64,000 nucleotides of DNA from Nymphaea colorata (taxonomy: Eukaryota). The notes under the pieces are model-generated. The model did no database searches. It was not told the origin of the DNA and saw only the letters and a program-made list of their open reading frames with translations. Below, one piece after another: positions 38,401 through 50,096 of the stretch; positions within the stretch are counted from its first letter, which is position 1, and every line of letters starts with the position of its first letter. The position numbers and the translations under genes were made by a program. Where the stretch lies: NCBI RefSeq assembly GCF_008831285.2, contig NC_045138.2, forward strand, positions 13,454,001 to 13,518,000. Reading direction: 5' to 3'.

Positions 38401-41400
38401 TGGATGAATGTATTTCAGGTGAGTATTTTGGTAAATATACTAATGCTCTTTTTTCTTTTATTTTCTGGGTGCATGGCGCTGTAATGGTTACTGTTCTCAC
38501 TGTTACCATTGTGATCACCTGTTTTAGGACATGCTGTCGCCTGTTTAAGCAGCAATCAAACTTGTGAAGACTCAACTTGTGATTTGGATCTCCTTAGGAA
38601 GGTCGATCCTGCGTCAGCAAATAGGATACATCCAAATGATATTAGAAAAGTAAGTGTCTCATGGTTGCGTAGTTTATGTTCTTCTTCAATTGCTGGTGGT
38701 TGATCTATACTTGTACTCAACTTTTTCATTCAGTTATTGTGTTTCTTAATTGCGTATTGTGACAAAAGGTGAAGTTGTAATGTTATTGAATCGCTTACCA
38801 CTGAATGTTCTTAGGGAATCTGCTCTACGCTCTTGATATGCATTTCAAGGGACTGACTGGCTCATTTTTTCTGTCATCTATATGCACAGTACAAAATAGG
38901 CAAGTTTCTTGAAGTTTGTATGTGGGTGTGTGTATGAATGCATCTTACTGCAGTGTGTAAATTTTTAAATATCTGATGTCAACTTTGGGGTTTGGACCAG
39001 TTAAGGTCACACTATCCCAAATTGGCTCTGAGGAAAAAACTATTCTTCTTTTCGAAACTTCAACATGCATAAGTAGTCCTGCCTGCTCAATATCTTGCTT
39101 TTTTGTGTTCTGGTTCATGGTTCCCCAGCAGAGGTCTCCAAAACATTGCAATGGGTGTATAATTGTTATGAGCTTTTTGACACATTCAAGTTTTTCCATT
39201 TTATTTTTATCTTATTCTTTTTTTAAGTTCCAGCATATAGTACATCTTCACTGGCACAGGAGTAGATAGTTCTGTAGGCATTCCTGCTCCTATATGGGTG
39301 TATCCTGTTTGCCTTAGACTAGGGTTGGCAGTAGTAGACAGTCCTACTCCTTTATCAACAGCCCATTGCTATGATATAGACCAAAGGTGAACACAAGGAG
39401 AGGCAAGCCTCTTTGTCCTGCAAGGGTGGATTTCCTTTCCTAATCATGAATTCTGATTTTCTTCGACAATCTAATCTTTGTGTGATGGCTGTCTTGCATC
39501 AGTAAATATGTGGACTATGTCTAACTTGTGCACACTGGATCTCATGAGATTGGTGTATACTGTATATCCAGCCAGTACCTTTGCGAGTATGCACATGTCA
39601 GTTTTTCTTAGTCCAGATAATTGTCTAGCCTATGCTACTCTGACCTTAGGTATCATCAATCTTTACCAGGCTCTATGTTCCAAATGCTGGATTTCAGGTC
39701 CTTGCACCAACTACTGATCCTGCAGCTAGGGACAGGTTTTCTTATTTCAGACTGTTATATATATGGACCTAGTGCATATACAAAATAATTGGTCACCAGG
39801 CTACCACCCAGTAGAATCAGTAGGAAAGGGAAATATCATTCTGCCCTTGTGCACTGCCGAAGTTATTCTTATATTCTGAAGTCCGAGTATTCATTGTAGT
39901 CAAAGCTTTGTGCATTACTAGAACAGGCAAATCTGTTTGCTTCTGGGTATTGTTCTTTTATTTGAGATAAAGAGTTCAAGGCAAGGGCAAGTTTGCAGTT
40001 GAAAGAAACAAGTTTAGTTGGGTTTGAATGGACAATTTAGTCACCTCCAGTATACTTTTGACACTTAGATAAATTCCTTAGGTCTTTTGTTAATTGAGGT
40101 TGAGTGTTTATTTGGTGAAAGGATGATAGATTTATGATCCAATTATGGTTGTCACTGGAAATTAGCTGAAGAAAAGTAATGAATTGCAACCAGATTCGAC
40201 AATTTCTGGAGCTTCTTAAGTGATAGCTGTTTCATGATTATGTACTTTTTGTGGATGATGTTTATTAACCAACATACATAACTTACCTATCTGTCATTAT
40301 GAATATCATCTAAGATGATGCCACAAAAGAATGGTCTTATGGTTAAATATGTCCGCTGAATTCTTAATGCATGTCTATGCAGGTCAAACATTATCTTAGC
40401 CTATATACAAAAACAGGAAGGCTTCCTAGTGAATTATTTCAAGGAAAGGGATCTGAGGTTTGTGTTTCTTCTTTCATAGGTGGATGTGTTTTTTTTCTAT
40501 GTTCTAAAAATGTTTTACAATTTGAATTGTCCAAACAAACGGAGCTTGTGTCCCAACTTTCCTGACATTATTATCAAAATTATTTTTAACATGCATTAGA
40601 AACATTCTCTAGATAGCAGCATACAAGCACATGACATTGGAGATTGGTTGGAGAATTTTGCATATTTCTGCCAGTATTTTCCTTTTAGAAGACTGCAGTT
40701 ACTTGGATAATGGCCCGATGTTCTTAATAAATTGTGTTTCGTCATTTTCATCCATATGCTGCATTTTTTGTTCAGTGTAACCATCAATGGAAGTCAAGCA
40801 CCTAAGTTCTGGGTGATGGTGACTGCAATCTGAGACCAGAAACATAGGCTAATATTAATGTCTACCATTATGTGCATTGGCCATTTACCCAGGTTTTTAG
40901 CAAGTAACTTGTTTGCAGTCTGGTTAAAAGAGAGATAAACGAAGTATTTTAGAAGATGATCTTGTTGTTCATGTATTTCTTCTCCTTGGCAAATGAAAGA
41001 CTTGCTGAGGAAACTTGTTGGTAGTTATAGTGGTAACCTTGACATTGCTTCTGACAGGGCAGAAGTGGGGCAGAGTAGCAGATTTCAGATACGATTGCTG
41101 CTTTGTGTGTGTGGATGCTTCTCTTCCTGTCATTGACAGATATGTTGAAGAGAGGGTCGACTGCATGATTGAAGCTGGCTTACTGAATGAAGTAATTGAT
41201 ATATACAACCCAAGTGCAGACTACTCAAGGGGGCTTCGGCAGGCTATTGGTGTACGTGAATTTGAGGAATTCTTGACATTCTCTCTCTCTAAGGGAGAAA
41301 GTCTCTACCCACACCTCGTAAAGGAGGCAGCTGATATAAGTGCACAGCAAGGTGGTCCTTTCTTGACACATGGTGAAGATAAATCTCTGTCACACACTGC

Positions 41401-42475
41401 AAGGGAAATATTTGAGTCAGGAGATGAGACACAAAAGATTCTGTTAGTAAAAGCTATTGATAAGTTGAAGGCAAACACACGAAAGCTTGTCCGCCGTCAA
41501 GTAATTTTTTTTCTCCTTCAAGAACTAAATCACAATCTTCCATGTGGATGTGGGTAGAGTTTATTTTATTACCTTAGGATCATATTAAAGCTTGTGGCCT
41601 GACTTGTAATTTTAGTACATGACATGTATTACCAATTGTTTCCATCATGATAGCCGTGCCAATTTTTGTCAACTTGAGCATGCGCCGTTCAAGAATATCT
41701 ATCTCCAGAGATAAGCTTGAGAGAAATCATCTGGTGAATCACAAAGTAACTTGAGTAAAGTCATCATTGGGCCGAAAAGTTCTATGTTATTATGGGTTAT
41801 AATTTATAATACTTTGACTTTTGAGTGAGGATCTTTTGATTTTGATGTTACAGAGGCGGAGGCTTAATCGGCTGAAGGAAGTATTCGGATGGGAGCTTCA
41901 TTACTTTGATGCAACAGAAGCCATTCTGAGTATGTCAAACAATCTTTTTTGGGTCCTAGTGCTCTGGTAGGTACATGGTCAATGTCCACCAGATATGTTC
42001 TAAATCTTCATTTTGTCAGGCAAATCTGCAGAAGCTTGGACAAAGCTGGTGGTTGAACCTTGTGTGGAAACAATTGGATCTTTTTCGCACATGGTTTCTT
42101 TGGATGAACCACAAGGGCTTCAAGAGAGCATAGCATCCAGGGACTTGTGGACGCAGTATATCTGTCAGGTACCATGCTTCGTCCATCTCTCAGTTCCTGT
42201 TGTTTCCTCCAACATGGTAAGTGATTCTGCAATTCGTGTTTAACTTTTGTCACCATCTTATTGGACACCAGGCTTGTGGAAATCGTGTACTTCGTGGAGC
42301 GCATGAGTGGGAGGAACATCTAAGAGGTCGTGGCCATCGAAAACGGATTCACAGACTGAGGAAAAAGGCTCAAAGTTTTGGCTCAGGAGAAAATCTTCAT
42401 GAGAAACAGATGGAGCAAGTGTCCGGGCTCCACATGGCAACGGAAAAATGCTTCGAAATGCAAGGGCTCAAGTAA
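35464..42475 (+). CDS. IPT2: tRNA isopentenyl(dimethylallyl)transferase, eukaryote type (about 11 exons)
   Basis: P-loop GATGSGKS, NADSMQ|VYEGLDILTNK, VPHHLLG, GGTNYYIQ, RIHPNDIRK, GLRQAIGVREF and C-terminal zinc finger CQ|AC...HLRGRGH. Exons approx. 35464-35655, 35737-35791, 36637-36716, 37431-37499, 38358-38418, 38528-38649, 40383-40457, 41060-41500, 41854-41929, 42020-42167, 42271-42475. The start could instead be ATG 35503. Confidence 0.92.
36960..37280. mobile_element. Probable degenerate MITE in IPT2 intron
   Basis: Repeated CTAG/CCTAGT/GACTAG subterminal-type motifs flank a purine-rich core. No clear TSD. Confidence 0.35.
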
Positions 42476-43179
42476 AATAAAGGGAAGCTGGCTACTTGCT
42501 AAGCGTTGGAGCATGTGAAGGTCCGCCAAACCCTACAAGCGGTGGCATGCTCGAGTGTTCCTACGGCCTCCATTTTCAGCCGCTTCATTTGCTGTACGAG
42601 AAACTGGACAGGCAACATCATTCTGTCGTTCATGTCCAAGGTTTCCACTTCAAAGGGCTTAACATTTGGAATTGGGTTAAGGTTCCGACTGTTCCTTACT
42701 TTTTCAAACTTATACGAACTCTGATGCAAAACTCAATGATTTAAAGAGTGGTTGAATTTCTGGCCGAATCGCTGTGACCCTTTCTTGCTGTTCATGGGGC
42801 ATGAAGACCGTCTCGGTCTTGTTGTTCTGATTAATACATGAAGAACCGCACAATCCCTGCTTTTGCCGTTGGGCAAAGTTGAGGTCAGTTTTTAGCTTAA
42901 AATAAATGGTGTCGGGTGCTCTTCTGCATCCTTTTCTTCCTTGTAAAAAATTAGTGAGAAGGAACGTAGGTAGGAACGGGGATCGTCTCACGCTGCAGGG
43001 CTCTTATGTTTCTTCCTTGTGATTGCGTCACTCGAGGCCCGATTCTGTGTGTTCATGTAAGGTTCTGTTGGTTTTCCCGGTGAAGCGCCGTTTTACTGAA
43101 TATGGTCGATCAGGCTCAGAACTCTTCAATAGCGTGTCGCACCGTTTGGTCACTCCACCATGTGTATGAGTGGAGAGAG

Positions 43180-43400
43180 AGAGACCGACCATTGACGGCG
43201 GTTTCCTTTTTTAAGAAGGGCCCGCGATGACAACGGCGGAGTCCCCTTTTGTTTTGTTCTTCCCATTTCCGTCACGTGATGCAAATCTCCCCGAATTTTT
43301 CTCGTGCCGAAACCGACCCCCGGCCGGGGGACCGGAGAATCCTTTTATTAATTTTGTCTCCCGTGTTCACACACGTGCTGCTTCTGCGCGTATTAAACTG
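43180..43400 (+). promoter_or_regulatory. CBF promoter motifs (G-boxes, CGCG box, DRE cores)
   Basis: CACGTG at ~43273 and ~43372, GCGCGT (vCGCGb, CAMTA type) at ~43386, ACCGAC at ~43183 and ~43312. Confidence 0.5.
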
Positions 43401-43492
43401 CGTAGAGTTCGCGGCCCCCAACTGATCCCCCTCTATGTGAGCACCATCCTCCCCTCCCAAGTCCAAACCCCTCTTCTTTCTCTCATGCTTCC

Positions 43493-44143
43493 ATGGATTC
43501 AGATGTACTCTCTTCTTCTTCTTCATCAACATCATCTTCTTCTTCTTCTTCTTCTAGCACTTCTCACCACTGTAGCCACGGTCATTCTTTGGCTTCTGAC
43601 ATGCCAAAGAAGAAAGCAGGCCGGAAGAAGTTCCAGGAGACGAGGCACCCTGTTTATCGGGGTGTACGTCGGAGGAAAGGCGGGAAGTGGGTTTGTGAGA
43701 TACGTGAGCCCTTCAAGAAAACCCGTATCTGGCTCGGCACTTACCAATATCTGGAGATGGCTGCCCGTGCCTATGATGTTGCGGCCTTGGCTCTCAGGGG
43801 CAAGTCTGCCCTTCTCAACTTCGCCGACTCGGCATGGTCGGTGCCTCGTTCAGAGTCCAAGTCTCCCAAGGACATCCAGGCTGCTGCCATGGCAGCAGCC
43901 GAGGCATTTCGGCCATCCGCCAGTAAGAAGAACATGGTGCCGGAAACCAGCCACTGGTTCGAGCCACAAGCAGTTGCTCCCAATTCCAGTGCATTTGTGG
44001 ATGAGGAAGCCTTGTTCAACATGCCGGCTCTGCTTGCTAGCATGGCAGAAGGGTTGCTGCTAGCTCCACCAGCATGTGTGCAATCCGATGATTGGGATGA
44101 CACGGACGATGTCGACATGGAGATAAAGTTGTGGAGTGACTAG
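43493..44143 (+). CDS. CBF/DREB1: CBF/DREB1 AP2/ERF transcription factor (216 aa, intronless)
   Basis: Signatures [16 protein letters not shown] and DSAW flank the AP2 domain. Acidic C-terminus ends in LWSD. N-terminal poly-Ser is encoded by a (TCT)n repeat. Confidence 0.95.
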   Translation: MDSDVLSSSSSSTSSSSSSSSSTSHHCSHGHSLASDMPKKKAGRKKFQETRHPVYRGVRRRKGGKWVCEIREPFKKTRIWLGTYQYLEMAARAYDVAALALRGKSALLNFADSAWSVPRSESKSPKDIQAAAMAAAEAFRPSASKKNMVPETSHWFEPQAVAPNSSAFVDEEALFNMPALLASMAEGLLLAPPACVQSDDWDDTDDVDMEIKLWSD

Positions 44144-47100
44144 TGGTACTGTTACTCAAGAGCACTACTTGATGACTTGATATTCGGTCAGTTGGCGGGT
44201 CAGATACGCAAACTCATTTCTTTTAACTGCTGACCAGTGAGTGACCATACAACAGGCGTGCTCACCAATCCACGTTATATGTTGGTAGTCACCGACTTGT
44301 ATGTTTTGAAGGAAAGTTTGAGCTTTGTTTTCTCAGGCTATGTTTACTTACCTTGATCTGTATACAAATATGGAAGACATGGGCCAAGCGTGGCATGTCA
44401 TGCCTTGTTCGATTTTCGCTCAAAATTTTGAGAAGGGTCGCTGCTATTCTAATCCGTGTTGAATGAGCAGGTCTTCTTTTTTCATTCCAGTTAATGAGAG
44501 AGATCGAGATTTGTTGTATTTGGTTTTGTTTATGGTTTATGTGTGGGTTTACTAGAAAATACTGGTTCATAGTAAGGTCTTACAGGCAGCACTATTGAAT
44601 GATGGTCACTTAAGATACCAATATGGGCTTGGAACAATTGCCTTCTGTGTTTCATTGGAGATGAAAATATATACCAACATCAGAAATCATTTCATTCTTG
44701 AGTTTTTTTTTTTTTTTATAGTGAAATTATTGTCATCAATCCAATCATTTTGTTTTGAAGGGGGAGCTGTAACTGCATGACAGGTAAACTATAGACGGGT
44801 AGCAAATATTGATGATGCTACGAGTTTTCTTAAAAAAAATGCAGACCCACTCATGTTGATATCACAGGTATTTGTCTAATTGAGCACTTCCCCCTCCTTG
44901 GGAATCTTATTCACAGTGCGAACGACGTCTTGAAACCTATGGACTGCAAGGGGATGGTGGTGACAAACTCTGGCGGCTCATTCGTGATCCATCATTTTTG
45001 GAACTAATTACAATCTGATGTGTATAATCTTGGGTACATTTTGCAGGAACCGGCCCTAGCTCATGCTAGTAAAGCAATTGGGAGACAAGTCAGGGCGTTT
45101 CCTCAAAAATTACATATTTTCAAAACGGAAGTAACAGAGTTGTATGTCTATTTTTTGGTCTAAGGTCGAGCTAACTTGTCAATAAAACAAATACAATTCA
45201 AAGCTGGAAACAGTAGATTTGAATTCCAAAACTACCTGTTTTCAAGACAAGAACTTGAGCAGGTCGGTTTGCATCGACTTCAGTTCACAATTCAAAGCTG
45301 GAAACATTATTTGGCAAATTGCCTTTGAAGCGCCCACACCTACGGGAGAGGAGAAGCCAATTTTAACGAAGAAAGCCAAATTTCTCATACGTTCACTCGA
45401 GTGCAGCTTTCGCTTCTAACGTTGGTCAAGGGAAGGGACTGTACATCTATTTATAAGATTGTCAACTAGACAAAGCTTTTGGTTACAAGCAAAAAGAGTC
45501 AAGATGTCACACTCACTCAAAACTTGATAATGTCTTCAACGCTTCTTTTTGAACAAGAGACGAGGGAATCGGCTGAATACGAAGTGGGTCCATTAAATTA
45601 ATGCTGGCCGCTGGACAAACAGTGTTAATTAGAACCATTCCGCTTTGGTCGGAGCTCCCTATCTTGCCCCTTTCGAGAAGTTTTATTTTATGGCCTTGGC
45701 CGCCACCATAATTCATCACAAACGACAATCTTTTTGCTTGTGCCGACCCTGCTGCCAGTTGCGTTTAAGTAATCCCCAACATCTTGTTCACGCCTTCTTG
45801 TAATGAAATCCTTTTCTGAGATTAAAAATAAATAAATCCATCTCAGAATCGGGCCCTCCTTGCTTCACCCACTCTTCTTCTTGTACCAAACTTTCCTGAA
45901 AGTAAATAATTGGTTTGTAATTGCATAACACAAGGTCATGAAAAGCCGAAACGTGAGAAAGTCATCATGCCTGTGTCATCATAGATGAGGATTTTGCCAT
46001 TAAGGTAACAAATTGTGGTTGTATCTTAAATAATTGTTTTCCACCTTAAACATGAATATAATCTGTCACAACTGAGGTCAACCCAACAGAGAATAAGAGC
46101 CGACCTCATAGTCTATTGATCAACTATTTGATCGAACATCGAGGTCAACTTTCTCTATTGATAGTGGCCGGTAATTTTGTCGAGAAAAATTTTTGCAAAA
46201 TAATCAAGAGCGACGTCTTAAAAGAAAAAGAAATATTCGTCTCGAACAGTAAAAAGGAAAAAGGGGGCAGGTAAGGAAAAATTACTTACCAGTAGGGAGA
46301 GAGAAGAAGAGGGAAACCGTCCGAGTAAAGGAAATCTAGCAAGAAACGAACACGGGAGACAACTCAAGGTGTTGGCACTTGGCAGGGCCAGGGGAATAGA
46401 AAAGAAAGCATGCAGGTTTGAATGGGAAGTTAATGCCCCTGAAAATGGATCGTTATTATACCACCCTCTTACCCCATTTTGGGGGCAACCGAGCTTTCAG
46501 ATCAGTTTCTAACCCATTGCCTTCTCTCTCATCAGTATCACCCATTGGCTTTCACTTCTGGGCATTCATCTATGTTGCCCATCACAGATAGATAAGACTT
46601 GTGTATTTTTCTTAGAAACCTATAGCTCCGCCTCTTTAGAGGAAGCTGCAGAGCACAGTATGATCTCACATCAAGAAACAAGCATTTGCGCTCGTTATTC
46701 TTGTTTTTATGTAGAGAAAAAGAGAAAGAAATCTCTCTCTCTTTCTGTCTGTTCTTTCGATGGCGGGAAGTAACGGAAAAGAATGCCGAAGGAAGAAAGT
46801 TGGGAACCGAAAGGAATCCTCCGACGGTGCATCGACCCTTCCCCTGCCTGTCTGATCACCAAACTAGAAGCAGTTTTTCGAGAGCTTGACGACAAGTTCT
46901 TGCAGGTCTCTCTCTCTCCCTCTCTTTCTTATGGCCGTGATTCAAACATTGTTTTACACACTAGGCACAACAAAGCTATAGTTGATTGCTCTCTAAGTGT
47001 CTCTTCTAGTATGCTATTTTCATTGTTTAGGTTGGAGTTATTTCTCTGTTCTAATTGGTACTTTCATATCAGGTTTGATGCTTTCAGTTGATCTTCTTTT

Positions 47101-47577
47101 TCAGAATAGAGGGTTTATTTTGCTATATTTAGTGCAATTATGTAGATAATAGCATTTTGCAGATCACCATAAAGTGGTATGGTGGTAGATCCTCACTGTT
47201 CCTAATTTACAAGTTTTGCTGCTTGATTCCTTTAAAATCTGTTTTCTTATCTCGAACTTGTTCAATGTCTGTAAAACGAAACCAATTTTTGGTTGGGGTG
47301 TTTTTGTTACAAAATTTCTACTTCTAGTCTGTTTTCCTCAAATGACAAGTGAGTTTGAACATGTTTGGGTCAAAGTTGGGTTTTGAACTTGACACACCCT
47401 CAAAGTTGGGTTTCAGAGCCCTGGTTGAGGAGAGAGGGTGCCACAGATGAAGGTGAACCCAGCAATGCAGCCACCAAGGAGTCGATCCTAGAAATCTTGG
47501 GGAGGAAATTGAAGGGTCATTGGGTTTCTTATTCTTGTGGATACAATATCCACCCATAATTTTTTGTGTTTGACAGG

Positions 47578-47877
47578 ACTAGGAAATGTGTGCAAATTTG
47601 ACCAGCTGAGAGTGTCTGTTGCCTAAAGGGCCAAGCCTACTAGTACTAGCTTGAGCTTGGGTAGTTTGATTACATGACTTCACTTAAGCTCATTTAGTTT
47701 AGTAATTGAGTTGAGCTTCGGCCTTCTGTGCAGCCTAGTCACCAACTCTCGATGACCAGTTTTATTTGCTCATGTGTTTCACGGTTTCTGTTGTATCCAT
47801 CTTTCCCGGGGTCTGTTTGTATGTATGTAAATAATAGTTGGTCATATCTCTAGTGTATTGCACTTTCTATGTTTTTG
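47578..47877 (+). repeat. ~300 bp dispersed copy of 54508-54797
   Basis: Colinear blocks ACTAGGAAATGTGTGC...CCTAAAGGGCCAAGC...ACATGACTTCACTTAAGCTCATTTAGTTTA...GACCAGTTTTATTTG...CACTTT in both places, same orientation. Confidence 0.9.
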
Positions 47878-48864
47878 TACTTATATGGTATGTGCTGGCT
47901 GTTGCATCTTTTGCTTTCGCTTTCGCTTTGTAATGTACGCCATGTATATGTGTTCTGTTGAGGCCGAGGCAAAGGATTTGAAAAGGAGAAAAACAAAGGC
48001 AGATACCGCATGAAATGAAATTGTCATCATTGACTAAGCCATACATAATCCCTAATTCATACAACTTTCTTTCTATGAAGATAAAAAAACATTTATATTT
48101 GTAAATCCAAAAAGGAAAACAATCAATAATTAATCGTATGCTTAGACTAATGCAGTTTAATAATGAAGGCGTGTCATAAGCATTTGCCTTTTCATTTGCT
48201 TCAGTACCAATGTTTACGAAATACATAACAAACTACGTAGATGAAAAATGAGATCAATTATTTAAAGGGGCCCTGAGACCTTTTCGTCCTCTTACTCTAA
48301 AATTAAATTGGATCAATCAAAACAGTTTTTTTTTTTTTCTATATGTCAATCTCTTAAAAGTGGGTCATCATAACCTTTCCGAAACCCAGCCAATGAGAGT
48401 ACGGTAATTGATTATTAATTTATGATTCACTGTGAACTATTAATTTTGAAATAAACAGTGAAACAAATTAAACAACTTGCCAAATTGTTTTAACAATCCA
48501 AGACATTGGGCGAAAGCTGTTCAATCACTTATATAAGTTATATTGTCAATTATTTAATAATATTAACTATGTTAACTAGGATTGAGTTAGCTGACGGAAA
48601 GAGATTCCTGGCTTGGATGCGATGAGTTGGGAAAAAAAAACCTCGCAATCCATTAACATTTTGGGTGAGAAAAGGAAAGAAAGAAAAGAAGTCAATTTAT
48701 TGATTAAACATAGCCATATGACGGGAAAAGGTGACTGGAATAATTCAGACCCACAACAGCCCAAGGATTCTGCCTTCACCTGCTTTTTTTATTCAATGTG
48801 AAAAACCAGTAGAGAAAAAGAAAAATAAGCGAAGGGGTGCAGGTTTTGAAAGACATTCTTGAGC

Positions 48865-50096
48865 TCACTTCTTGCAGATCATGCCACGGCCATTGAACCC
48901 GGTTTTGCACACCAAGTCGCCTTCGCCCGGACGAACGGCTCCCTCGACGGTCAAGCCGGACGCCGTGCCCGTGAACCTTGCTGCGGCACAATCGGTGGGG
49001 AAGAGTCCCGAAGAGAGGAACTCGCGGTCGCCTCCCAGCACTGGCATCTTCAGACCAATCTTAGCTCTGCTCTTGTAGTTGTCCGCATAGGTTTGGCCCA
49101 GCACGCCATTGACGCTGCCGGTAAGGGAGTAGAACCTGAAGCCTAAGTCTAAGTGAGCGAAGCAGTGGTCGTTGGTGATGCCGTAGCCGTGGACCCTAGA
49201 TTCCTGCTTGCCGATAGGAACCACCTTGACCATGATCCTGAACTTGTTGGGTGCCTCGACCACGACCTCATTCGCCGGTGCGTCTAAGCGAGAGAGATGG
49301 TGAGAGCAGATGCAGCGGCACTACTCGACCACTGAGCGTTCTCCGCGGCGGGGAGGAAGACGGGCTCGCCGTCGAAGGCAATGGCCAGCTGATCAACCGC
49401 ATCATCCCATTCAGCGACCTGCGTCAATATAATCGTCCAATATAAGCAAGTTAATTTTCTGCTTTTCCGCAGCGCCATGCAGCTTATGTAGTTATGTGCA
49501 TGGCGGGCTATCCGTTCATTTTGAACGTAGAGCTAGCTAGATAAGAGTTGCTCACTGGGGGTTCACCTTCTTGGCACCAATGAAGAGCCTGTGTTCGTCA
49601 AAGAGGATTCCGATGGACTGGACCCATATGAAGTCTCGGTTCATGCCGTCCCCCCTCTTGCCGATGAAGTGGCCGTTGATGTGGAGGTTGGTGTCGGACA
49701 CCAAGCAGAAGTCCTTGTCTTTCTTGCCGTGGAAGTAGAAGGTGATGCCATCCCCTCCGATGAAGCGGGGATCATCGCACACAGCGCCAGGCTCGTCGCA
49801 ACCTGCACAGAGAGAGACCAACACAACGTATGTGAATAGCTTCCTTTGATACTGAACTAATAATGACCGACTTACGGCAGACTGGTGTGGCAGTTCATTT
49901 TGCAGGTGGTGGGGCAAGCGTCAGGGCAGATCTGCTCGACCATGTAGCATTTCCCAAATTGAGGTTCGTGGCGCCTGCACCTCACTCTCTTGCGCGTAGA
50001 AGATGGTGGAGTTGCAGATGCGATCTCGACAAAAACAAAGGCGAGCAGGAGGAGGAGGAGGAGGCCTCGAGCAACCGGGACGTTTGCGGAAGCCAT
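48865..50096 (-). pseudogene. Root cap / LEA-related secreted protein gene with two frameshifts (exons 50096-49876, 49802-49567, 49418-48865)
   Basis: Signal peptide, Cys-rich N-terminus, CDDPRFIGGDGITFYFHGKKDKDFCLVSD, HCFAHLDLGFRFYSL...VNGVLGQTY and C-terminal GRGMICKK. Exon 1 ends in phase 2 but exon 2 needs phase 1. An extra CT near 49290 gives a TAG at 49286-49284. Confidence 0.85.

Noticed and set aside
41648..41665. TGATAGCCGTGCCAAT resembles miR171
   Set aside because: Only a ~12 nt match, with an indel and no complementary arm nearby.
42496..42744. Overlapping short ORFs just after the IPT2 stop
   Set aside because: No recognisable motif; most likely 3'UTR.
43227..44063. 278-aa alternative-frame ORF overlapping CBF
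   Set aside because: It starts within the promoter motifs, upstream of the likely TSS. Its Leu-rich stretch is just the (TCT)n repeat in another frame.
22867..44143. UGT plus IPT as a cytokinin biosynthesis/glucosylation cluster
   Set aside because: The UGT looks like UGT94, not the known cytokinin glucosyltransferase groups, and IPT2 is a housekeeping tRNA modifier. Nothing links them beyond proximity.
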